Positions 44,807 through 53,161 of a stretch of 64,000 nucleotides of DNA are shown here, piece after piece. How positions within the stretch are numbered: the stretch's first letter is position 1; each line of letters starts with the position of its first letter. The notes beneath the pieces are model-generated. The model saw only the letters and a list, made by a program, of their open reading frames with translations, was not told the DNA's origin and searched no databases. Position numbers and translations under genes: made by a program. This DNA is from an uncultured Christensenellaceae bacterium (GTDB taxonomy: Bacteria; Bacillota; Clostridia; Christensenellales; Borkfalkiaceae). The stretch lies in the NCBI GenBank assembly GCA_910587005.1, contig CAJULB010000003.1, forward strand, positions 103,725 through 167,724, in the 5' to 3' direction.

Positions 44807-46585
44807 ATGGAAACAACGGAAAATAACAAAAACAACCAGACGTTTTTATCTTTGCGGCATCTTGTAAAGGTATATCCCAACGGAGAGAAAGCCGTTTACG
44901 ACTTTAATCTGGAAATAGCCAAAAACGAATTTATCGTTATCGTCGGGCCTTCGGGCTGCGGTAAGTCCACGACTTTAAGAATGGTTGCTGGGCTTGAAGA
45001 TATAACCGACGGCGACATCTATCTCGGCGACGAGCTTCTGAACTACAAGCCGTGCAAAGACAGACATATGGCAATAGTATTCCAAAGCTACGCGCTGTAC
45101 CCGCAGATGAACGTGTTCCAGAATATCGCTTTCCCCCTTACAATCAATAAATATCCCGCGCCCGTAGTCAACGAAACGCTTTTAAGCTGTGCGCAGTTAA
45201 GCGGATTGATTGAACGGCTCGGCGTGGTGAAAATTGCCGAAGCTTTTAAAACCGTTAACGAAACCAAGTCGAAATTCGGTAACGTTTCCGAGGATTTGGC
45301 GGTGCTTCTCGACGTAGAGTATTGCACGGCTAAACTGCTTGTCAAGCTTTACAATTCGCTGAACGGCGAAACGAAAACGGCTGTTGAAAGCAATGCGGAG
45401 CAGATTGCGGCGGAGTGGAATGAAAAGCTTGCCGAAACGGCGCAGACCGAACAGGCAAAGCTTAACGCGGAAAACGTTAAGCTGAACGAAAAATTCCACG
45501 TTTTAAACGGCGACGGTACCGAAAAAAGCGAAACGAGAAAGCTTACTCGCTACGAAATCAAAACCAAAGTTTACGAAACTGCCGATAAACTCGACTTAAC
45601 GCCCTATCTCGATAAGCTCCCTAAGGAGCTTTCGGGCGGGCAGATGCAGCGCGTTGCGCTCGGCAGAGCGATTATCAAAGACGTGCCGATATTCTTAATG
45701 GACGAACCGCTTTCCAACCTTGACGCTAAATTAAGGCTGACAATGCGCAGCGAGATTGTTAAACTGCACAACCGCATAAACGCAACAACTATTTACGTCA
45801 CCCACGACCAGATAGAGGCTATGACAATGGCGTCGCGTATCGTTGTAATGAGCCGCGGTTTCGTTCAGCAGATAGGCACTCCCGAAGATATTTACAACAA
45901 CCCCTCAAACGTATTCGTTGCCCGCTTTATCGGTTCGCCTTCGATGAATTTATTCGAAATGGACTACGATTTGAGCAAAAACGCGTTTACCTACGGCGGT
46001 TTCGATATTCCCGCGCACAAAAGCTTTAAAACCGCATACCAAAAATTTTATGCGGAAAAGTGCGGGATATTCGAGGAAATCAACGCTAACTTCGATTTAG
46101 CCGCGCGAGAGCAGATTTTAAAAATTCTTTCGGTTCTCGGCACAAGCAAAGTCAAAACGCAAACCGCTAAAAAAGGCAACATTATAACAAGGACGGCAGA
46201 CTTCTTTAAAAATCTTTTCAAAAAGAAAGATAAAGAGGAGGTGGACGTCTGGCTTAAAGAAAAAACTATCGCCAAAGAAAAGCTTGAAGAACTGCGTTTG
46301 CGCGGTTCGGGCGTAAACAAATTGTTTATAGGTATCCGTCCCGAGCGTCTTGAAGTGGAAAAGGTGGTAAGCGGAAAAAATTACGACGGTTGTCTTGTCA
46401 TAGAGCCTACGCTTACCGAGCTTCTCGGCGGCGAATATAACGTTCACTTTGAATTTTGCGGAAGAAATATGATAGGCAAGCTCGCCGCAAAGCACAAGCT
46501 GAGCGCGGGCGACAAAATCGCCGTAAGATTTTCCGCCGACGATTTATACGTATTCGACCCCGTTACGGGCGATACAATCAAATAA
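44807..46585 (+). CDS. MalK/MsmK-type sugar ABC transporter ATPase with large insertions (592 aa)
   Basis: Walker A 'GPSGCGKST', Q-loop 'VFQSYALYP', signature 'LSGGQMQRVALGRA', Walker B 'IFLMDEPLSNLD', H-loop 'IYVTHD', and 'FIGSPSMN'. About 140 extra residues lie between 'AFPL' and 'LSGGQ', and the C-terminal domain is also expanded. Confidence 0.88.
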   Translation: METTENNKNNQTFLSLRHLVKVYPNGEKAVYDFNLEIAKNEFIVIVGPSGCGKSTTLRMVAGLEDITDGDIYLGDELLNYKPCKDRHMAIVFQSYALYPQMNVFQNIAFPLTINKYPAPVVNETLLSCAQLSGLIERLGVVKIAEAFKTVNETKSKFGNVSEDLAVLLDVEYCTAKLLVKLYNSLNGETKTAVESNAEQIAAEWNEKLAETAQTEQAKLNAENVKLNEKFHVLNGDGTEKSETRKLTRYEIKTKVYETADKLDLTPYLDKLPKELSGGQMQRVALGRAIIKDVPIFLMDEPLSNLDAKLRLTMRSEIVKLHNRINATTIYVTHDQIEAMTMASRIVVMSRGFVQQIGTPEDIYNNPSNVFVARFIGSPSMNLFEMDYDLSKNAFTYGGFDIPAHKSFKTAYQKFYAEKCGIFEEINANFDLAAREQILKILSVLGTSKVKTQTAKKGNIITRTADFFKNLFKKKDKEEVDVWLKEKTIAKEKLEELRLRGSGVNKLFIGIRPERLEVEKVVSGKNYDGCLVIEPTLTELLGGEYNVHFEFCGRNMIGKLAAKHKLSAGDKIAVRFSADDLYVFDPVTGDTIK

Positions 46586-46638
46586 AATCAATTAAAAAAA
46601 TTGCCGAAAGGCTAAAATTTAAAATTCAGGAGGAAATT

Positions 46639-48804
46639 ATGAACAAAAAATTCAAATGGGCAATACCCTTCGCCGTAATGGCGTTGACCTGCGGTATTGC
46701 GGCAGGCTGCGGAGGACACAAGCACGACTACACCGAATGGGGCAGTAACGAAACCCAGCACTGGAAGCAGTGTCCCGAGGACGGCGAACAGGATGCAAAC
46801 ACGGTTGAAAACCACGGCGCGCCCAATGCAGAAGGAAAGTGCCCCGACTGCGGATACCTGCTCCACACCCACTCGTACACGGAATGGGGTCATAGCTTTA
46901 CCCACCACTGGAAGCAATGCCCCGACGATAAAACTATGGACGAAAGCACAAAAGCTCCGCACGGCACCCCCAACGCGGACGGACAGTGCCCCGACTGCGG
47001 TTATCAGCTTTTGAAAATGGTAAACCAGTCCTTTAAGCTTTTACTGCGCAAGGACGCTCAGAACACGCCCGTAACCTCTTTCGACGGTATTACGCTTGAA
47101 ATTAAGGACGGTGACGAAGCGCTTGAAGAGAATACCGACTATACGTTGATAAAGGGCGAAAACGGCGTGCTTACGTTACAGAAAATCGTTTCGGGCGAGT
47201 ACAGCCTTATGGTTTCCGCAAACGACGGTGAATACATATTCTCCGGCACGGTCAATGTGGACGGTAGCGAACAGGACGTTGTTTTGCAGTACAACCGCGC
47301 ATCTGCAACCGCCCACTCGTATTTAATCGACCTCAACCATATGAACGACGCAGAGCCTTACTTTGCAATCAACGCAAGCGTTACCGACGGATTTATGTGG
47401 TGGAATTCGCCCGTTCCCGAAATAACGCTTAAACTTGCGGACGAGGTTAAAAACAGCAAAAACGTCAAGCTTGAATTCAATCTTAAAGCAAGCAACGCCA
47501 ACAACCAGCCCAACAACGCTTTCGGTATAGTTATGGCGGAGGATTGCAGGGGTATTGCGCTTAGCCTTTGGAATACCGAAAACGAAACCGACGGTATCAA
47601 GCTGCATAACCTCAGCGGACGCAAGCTCGGCACAGACGGTTACGACAACGATAAAGCCGCTACGCTTAAATGGCTTGAAGATGCTATTTACGGCGAAAAC
47701 GGCGTGGATATCCGCGTAGTACGCGCAGGAAGCACGATTAAGTACTTTGCAAAGAACGCAGACGGTAAATATATCTGCTTCAAAGCGGACGTATGCCCCG
47801 CAGACGCGCAGACCGAAATCAGGTTTATGGGCGCGGGCTCCGACTTCATAATCAAAAACTTCGAAGTTGACGGAAATTATACCGAAACCGCGATTGCATA
47901 CAGCGCTACGCTTACGGTGCTTGACGCGGAAGAAAACAATGTAACGCTTGAAGCAGGCGCAAAAGCCTTGCTTATCAGCGGCGCGACAAGCTACGAAACC
48001 GCTTTAACTGCAAATACGGACGGAACCTACGCTATAAGCGGTAATTTTGTCCCCGGCTTGTACACTGTAAGTATTCTCGGCAAAATAAGCGGATATACCT
48101 CCGCCGAAGTACAGGTCGGCGACGCGTCTACAACTGCCGTTCAACTGACTTTGGGCGATTATGCGGTTGCAACCAAATATCACCACACCAACAACCACGG
48201 TATGGGCGAATGCGATTTCGAAACGCTTATCGGAATTGAAGAAAGCCAGATAAAAATCAATACCGCCGAGGCAAACGGTAAGGTTGTTGACGGGTTCTGG
48301 TGCTGGAATTCGCCCGTTCCCGAGGCTGTGCTTGTGCTTTCGGACGAGGCAATGAACGCAAACGCAGCGGTTCAGCTTGAATTCAACTTAAAAGCCGCTA
48401 AACCCAACGACCAGCCTAACAACGCGTTCGGCATTGTTATGACGTCGGGTTACAAGGGCGTAAATATGAGCTTCTGGAATACGACCAACGATGTAGACGG
48501 CGTTATCTGCCGTGCATTAAAGGGTTGCTTGCTCGGAAATGACGAATTCAGCGACGATAAAGACAATACCAACGACTGGATTGAAGTGCTTGCTTACGGC
48601 GAAAGCGGCGTAAATATCCGCGCAATCCGCAACGGCACAACTATTGAGTTCTGGGCGGAAAACACCACCGGCGCAACCGCAGAATGGGTAAAAATATTCG
48701 AAACCACCTGCGGCGAGAACGATAAAACGGATATTAAATTCCTTGGAATGGGCTCCGACTATACCGTTTCGAATATAGTTGTAACTGTTAATCCCGAAGC
48801 ATAA
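46639..48804 (+). CDS. Lipoprotein of unknown function: duplicated His/Cys module plus duplicated ~250-aa beta-sandwich-like (CBM/lectin-like) domain
   Basis: Lipobox 'GIAAGC'. Two copies of 'H.H.YTEWG....HWKQCP.D.......HG.PNA.G.CPDCGY'. Two copies of 'DGF.WWNSPVPE..L.L.DE....N..V.LEFNLKA......QPNNAFGIVM'. The ATG at 46639 with an AGGAGG RBS is preferred over the track start at 46456. Confidence 0.7.
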   Translation: MNKKFKWAIPFAVMALTCGIAAGCGGHKHDYTEWGSNETQHWKQCPEDGEQDANTVENHGAPNAEGKCPDCGYLLHTHSYTEWGHSFTHHWKQCPDDKTMDESTKAPHGTPNADGQCPDCGYQLLKMVNQSFKLLLRKDAQNTPVTSFDGITLEIKDGDEALEENTDYTLIKGENGVLTLQKIVSGEYSLMVSANDGEYIFSGTVNVDGSEQDVVLQYNRASATAHSYLIDLNHMNDAEPYFAINASVTDGFMWWNSPVPEITLKLADEVKNSKNVKLEFNLKASNANNQPNNAFGIVMAEDCRGIALSLWNTENETDGIKLHNLSGRKLGTDGYDNDKAATLKWLEDAIYGENGVDIRVVRAGSTIKYFAKNADGKYICFKADVCPADAQTEIRFMGAGSDFIIKNFEVDGNYTETAIAYSATLTVLDAEENNVTLEAGAKALLISGATSYETALTANTDGTYAISGNFVPGLYTVSILGKISGYTSAEVQVGDASTTAVQLTLGDYAVATKYHHTNNHGMGECDFETLIGIEESQIKINTAEANGKVVDGFWCWNSPVPEAVLVLSDEAMNANAAVQLEFNLKAAKPNDQPNNAFGIVMTSGYKGVNMSFWNTTNDVDGVICRALKGCLLGNDEFSDDKDNTNDWIEVLAYGESGVNIRAIRNGTTIEFWAENTTGATAEWVKIFETTCGENDKTDIKFLGMGSDYTVSNIVVTVNPEA

Positions 48805-48877
48805 ACCGAATAAGTTTTTAAAACAAAGCTAATGGAGGGGCGGGGCGGCGTTACGCCGCCCCGCAAACCTTAAAATT

Positions 48878-51391
48878 ATGGAACAGATTATTTTTGACAA
48901 TATAAGAGTGCAGTTATTGAGTGAGCATGCAGTTCGTATAGAATTGAAAAAAAACGGCAAATTCTGCGATAAAAATACGTTTTTTATACCCGACAGAACG
49001 CAGTACACGGACAAAATCGCGTACTCGGTTGAAAGCGGTGCAATATGCTTCGGCGAATACAGATTGTATATCCCCGAAAACGCAAAATCGCTTGCGGGCG
49101 TGCGTCTGGATAAAAACGGTGAAAATATATACCGTTATAAAAAGTTAAAAAACAGCGGCGAGCTGCCCGCTCTTGACAAAACTCCCGAAGTTTTCGCGCT
49201 TTCGGATACTCCAAGGATAATCGTGCCCGAGGGCGGTTATTCCGTTAAAAGAAAAGGCGAATATAAGGTAGAAGAAAACGTACAGGATATTTATTTACTG
49301 CTTTGCAAAAAGGACGCAAAGCTTTTGCGCAAAATATATGTAGAGCTTACGGGCAAGCCCGAGTTGGTGCGTCTTTCCACGCTCGGCGGTTGGAACAGTA
49401 AATACTACGCTTATACCGAGGACGAGGCGAAACAGCTTATTTTAGATTACGAAGAACACAACGTACCCCTTGACGTTATGGTTATAGACACCGACTGGCG
49501 CAGCTGCGAAAACGGCTGGGGTTACGATATAAATACCAAACTTTTCCCAGATATGGCGCGCTTTTTAAGCTTCGCGCACTCGCACGGAGTGGAGGTTATG
49601 TTCAACGACCACCCCGAACCCGTGGACGGTGCGCAGGTTTTCGCGCAGGAGGAAATAGCTTACAGAGAAAGCAATTTACAGTCGCTTATGGAAAAGGGAC
49701 TTGATATTTGGTGGTACGACAGAAACTGGGGGATAAAGCTCGTTTCGCCTTCGCTCGGCGTGCCCTACGAAACAATGGGGTTATATCTGTTTGAAGATAT
49801 TACCCGCCATCATTTTCAGAAGCAATCGGGGAATAAAGAGGTATACCGCCGACCCGTAATAATGGGAAACGCGGTAGACGTTTCAACGGGCAGTTATTTG
49901 GGGATTAAAGACAGCGCGTCGCACCGCTATTCCGTGCAGTGGACGGGTGATATAGGCTCCGAAGCGGGAGTAATTTCGCAGGAAGTGGATAATATCATTC
50001 AATGCGGAAACAACTGTATTCCGTATCTTAATTCGGACTGCGGCGGACATATCGGCAACCCCGATAAAGAGCTGTTTATCCGCTGGATGCAGTACGGAAC
50101 TTTGTCGCCCGTATTCCGTCCGCACTGCACCAACAACGTAGAGCGCACCCGCGAGCCGTGGGCATATGATAGCGAAACGCTTGATATTGTCCGCGAATAC
50201 AATAATTTGCGGTACAGATTGCTACCCGTGATTTATAAAAGCGCATACGAAAGTTATGAATACGGTTTGCCCCTTTTTAAAGCGTTGGGCTGGGAATATC
50301 CCTCGGATAAACGCGCTTTAAAGTGCAATGGCGCGTATATGCTCGGCAACGATATTCTTATTTCGCCTATGGGCGGCAACCGGCCTTGGGCAATAAATAA
50401 AAATTGTTACGCGAGGAAAGTAAAAGCAACGTATTATAACGGCAGAGAGCTTAAAGGCGAGCCGATAGCCGCCGCCGAATACAAGGTTTTAGATATGGTT
50501 TTAAATCATACTTCGCCCGAAAAAGGCGTACCCGTATACGATTTTTCGGCAAGGTTTGAAACCGTGTTAAAGTTTGACAGCGAAGTTGAGTTGTATATCC
50601 GCTGCGACGATGGCGCCACCGTATGGATAGACGGTGAAAAAGTGTTGGAGGATAAAACTCTGCACGCCGCGTGGATTTTCGATTTGAAACGGCTTGAACC
50701 CCAAAAAGAATACAAAATAGAAATAGAGTATTTTCAGGCTGGCGGCGAGGCCTGCTGTGAATTGCTGGCTAAAAAAATTGCAGAGCATACCGACGCGCAC
50801 CAAACATACCTGCCCGCGGGCAAGTGGCTCGATGCGTTCAGCGGTAAAATTTATGCGGGCGTTAAAACGGTTAAAAGAAATTACGGCTTGGGCGAAACTC
50901 CGTTATTCGTTCGTTTGGGCGCTTTAATTCCGCTTGCGTACGAGGCGAAGAACACCAGAAATCAGAAGTGGGATAAACTTGTTTACGACTTTTATCCCTG
51001 CAAAGACGCAAGCGATAAAGGCTATCTTTACGAGGACGATACCGAAACCACTGCGTATAAACTCGGGCAATTCAGAAAGAGCGCATACGAGGCGTACTAC
51101 TGCCAAGAAGAAAACGCGTTTGTTGTTAAACTTCACGCGGGTGAGGGCGGTTTTGACGGTGAAAAGTGCTTTGACAGCCGTAAAATTTCAATAAAATACC
51201 ACTTATTAAATGGCGCGGACAGCGTCAAAAAAATAACTGTCAACGGCGAAGACCACGGCTATATGAAGGTGCGGAAGGACAGTTTCGCTTTACCGCTTAA
51301 CGCAGATAAAACCGCGCCCGACAGCAGTGTTATTATGGTTGCGTTGGAAACGTCGGCAAGCAAGGATTACGTAATTAAATTTTATCTGTAA
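48878..51391 (+). CDS. Glycoside hydrolase family 31 with an inserted PA14 domain
   Basis: 'VMVIDTDWRS', 'HRYSVQWTGDIGS' and 'FRPHCTNNVERTREPW' are GH31-like. 'ATYYNGRELKGEP...ELYIRCDDGATVWIDGEKV' is PA14-like. Confidence 0.8.
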   Translation: MEQIIFDNIRVQLLSEHAVRIELKKNGKFCDKNTFFIPDRTQYTDKIAYSVESGAICFGEYRLYIPENAKSLAGVRLDKNGENIYRYKKLKNSGELPALDKTPEVFALSDTPRIIVPEGGYSVKRKGEYKVEENVQDIYLLLCKKDAKLLRKIYVELTGKPELVRLSTLGGWNSKYYAYTEDEAKQLILDYEEHNVPLDVMVIDTDWRSCENGWGYDINTKLFPDMARFLSFAHSHGVEVMFNDHPEPVDGAQVFAQEEIAYRESNLQSLMEKGLDIWWYDRNWGIKLVSPSLGVPYETMGLYLFEDITRHHFQKQSGNKEVYRRPVIMGNAVDVSTGSYLGIKDSASHRYSVQWTGDIGSEAGVISQEVDNIIQCGNNCIPYLNSDCGGHIGNPDKELFIRWMQYGTLSPVFRPHCTNNVERTREPWAYDSETLDIVREYNNLRYRLLPVIYKSAYESYEYGLPLFKALGWEYPSDKRALKCNGAYMLGNDILISPMGGNRPWAINKNCYARKVKATYYNGRELKGEPIAAAEYKVLDMVLNHTSPEKGVPVYDFSARFETVLKFDSEVELYIRCDDGATVWIDGEKVLEDKTLHAAWIFDLKRLEPQKEYKIEIEYFQAGGEACCELLAKKIAEHTDAHQTYLPAGKWLDAFSGKIYAGVKTVKRNYGLGETPLFVRLGALIPLAYEAKNTRNQKWDKLVYDFYPCKDASDKGYLYEDDTETTAYKLGQFRKSAYEAYYCQEENAFVVKLHAGEGGFDGEKCFDSRKISIKYHLLNGADSVKKITVNGEDHGYMKVRKDSFALPLNADKTAPDSSVIMVALETSASKDYVIKFYL

Positions 51392-51400
51392 GGGAATCAT

Positions 51401-53161
51401 ATGCGCTGGTATATCGCGGAAAACAAGCGTCGAATAGCGAGTGAAAACTTTGAGGGGCATTCCGACCGTATCGAAATGGGCGGAGAGCAAGTTGCGTGCG
51501 TTGTAACATACGGCGTACAAAACGGCGAGCCGTATTATAAACGGCAGTTTGCTTTTCCAAATTTCCGCACGCAACCGAATAACACTTGCGCAACATACTA
51601 TCCCAAAACGGATAAAAGTCCGATTGTTTTCTGTACAAAGGAAGCGTTCGGACGGGTCGAATTCGACGGGGTGCTGTCGGTGTACTCTCGCGTTGGTGAT
51701 TTGACGGTTGTGCGCAGGTTTTTTCCGTCCGTGGAACAGCCCGTCTTTTATGAGCAGTTAGAGCTTTTCAACGGCGGAACGAATTCCGTTTCGCTTGAAT
51801 GGGAAACACTCACCCGTATTGATTTGCGCCTTACCTGCGAGGGGTACGTTTATTTTGAATGTTCTTGTAATACGCCTTGCCGTCCGATAATGGCAGGGGA
51901 GCGGTTAACGCTGACGTTCGCGTATACGGCGCGGTATGCAAATAAGGATATTCCGCATGAAAATGCCCCGCTTGAAACAAGGCGGTCGCGCGTGGAAGAA
52001 ATTTTATCGCAGTGCGATATTACCACTGGCAACGACGTGGTTGATACAATGTTTGCGTTTGCAAAACTTCGCGCGGCGGAGGGATTATGCAATACAGTCA
52101 AGGGGCTTATCCATAACCCCGGCGGGCTTGCCTATTATGCGGCGATATGGTGCAACGACCAATGCGAATATGTTGCCCCGTGGTTTGCGTTCACGGGCGA
52201 TAAAAAAGAGGAGGAGGCGACCCGAAATATATACGGCTGGTATTATCCGTATTTTAACGAAGCGTATTTGCCCATTCCCAGCAGTATAATTTGCGGAGGT
52301 ATGGATAACTTCGGTTGCGCAGGCGACAGGGGTGACGCGGAAATGTACCTGTACGGACTTTCGCGCGTATTGTTGACGCAGGGAAGACTTCCTGACGACA
52401 ATCAGAGAAGGGCGCTTGAATGGTGCGTTGAATATATCCGCAGAAATCTCACGGCGGACGGCGTGGTTTATTCGGACAGCGACGAGCTGGAAAACCGCAT
52501 ATCTTCGGGCGTGAACCTGAATACTTCCTCTCTTGCTTACGGCGGACTCGGCAACTGCGCAATTTTATTAAAGCGTATGGGTAAAGAGGAAGAAGCCGAA
52601 AGCATACTCTCATTGCAACAAACAATAAAAAACGGCATAGAAAATTATTTCGGCGGCGAGGTGGCGGGGTATAAAACCTATCGCTATCATAAGGGTTGCG
52701 ACGTTATCCGTGCATGGAATTGTCTGCCCGTTTATATGGGTATCACGGAACGCGCAAAGGATACGTTAAAGAGCATAGACGAAAAACTTTGGACGGACGG
52801 GAGCTGTCGTTCCACAGAGGGCGAAAAAATTCTTTGGGACAGAAGCGCATTATATTATCTTGCAACGCTTTTCCGCGCAGGCGAAAAAGAAAAGGCATGG
52901 GCAAGGCTGAAAGAATACTCTGAAATCCGTCTGTTAGGCGAGCACGTTCCCTATGCGGTAGAGGCTTATCCCGAGGGCGGTATGCGGCATTTAAGCGGCG
53001 AAAGCGGGCTTTTCTGCCGCGTGCTTACGGACGGACTTCTGAATATCGGCTTTGATGAAAAGGGCTATACGATAAATGCGCAACTGCCCGAAGAAGTAAC
53101 GCGGGTTACGGTAAAGAATATATATTTGGACGGAAAATCGGAGAATATAGATGTTAAATAG
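51401..53161 (+). CDS. Hypothetical protein (586 aa), possible uncharacterised glycosidase
   Basis: Long ORF with good coding character, tightly packed between the GH31 and GH78 genes. I recognise no catalytic motif. Confidence 0.6.
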   Translation: MRWYIAENKRRIASENFEGHSDRIEMGGEQVACVVTYGVQNGEPYYKRQFAFPNFRTQPNNTCATYYPKTDKSPIVFCTKEAFGRVEFDGVLSVYSRVGDLTVVRRFFPSVEQPVFYEQLELFNGGTNSVSLEWETLTRIDLRLTCEGYVYFECSCNTPCRPIMAGERLTLTFAYTARYANKDIPHENAPLETRRSRVEEILSQCDITTGNDVVDTMFAFAKLRAAEGLCNTVKGLIHNPGGLAYYAAIWCNDQCEYVAPWFAFTGDKKEEEATRNIYGWYYPYFNEAYLPIPSSIICGGMDNFGCAGDRGDAEMYLYGLSRVLLTQGRLPDDNQRRALEWCVEYIRRNLTADGVVYSDSDELENRISSGVNLNTSSLAYGGLGNCAILLKRMGKEEEAESILSLQQTIKNGIENYFGGEVAGYKTYRYHKGCDVIRAWNCLPVYMGITERAKDTLKSIDEKLWTDGSCRSTEGEKILWDRSALYYLATLFRAGEKEKAWARLKEYSEIRLLGEHVPYAVEAYPEGGMRHLSGESGLFCRVLTDGLLNIGFDEKGYTINAQLPEEVTRVTVKNIYLDGKSENIDVK

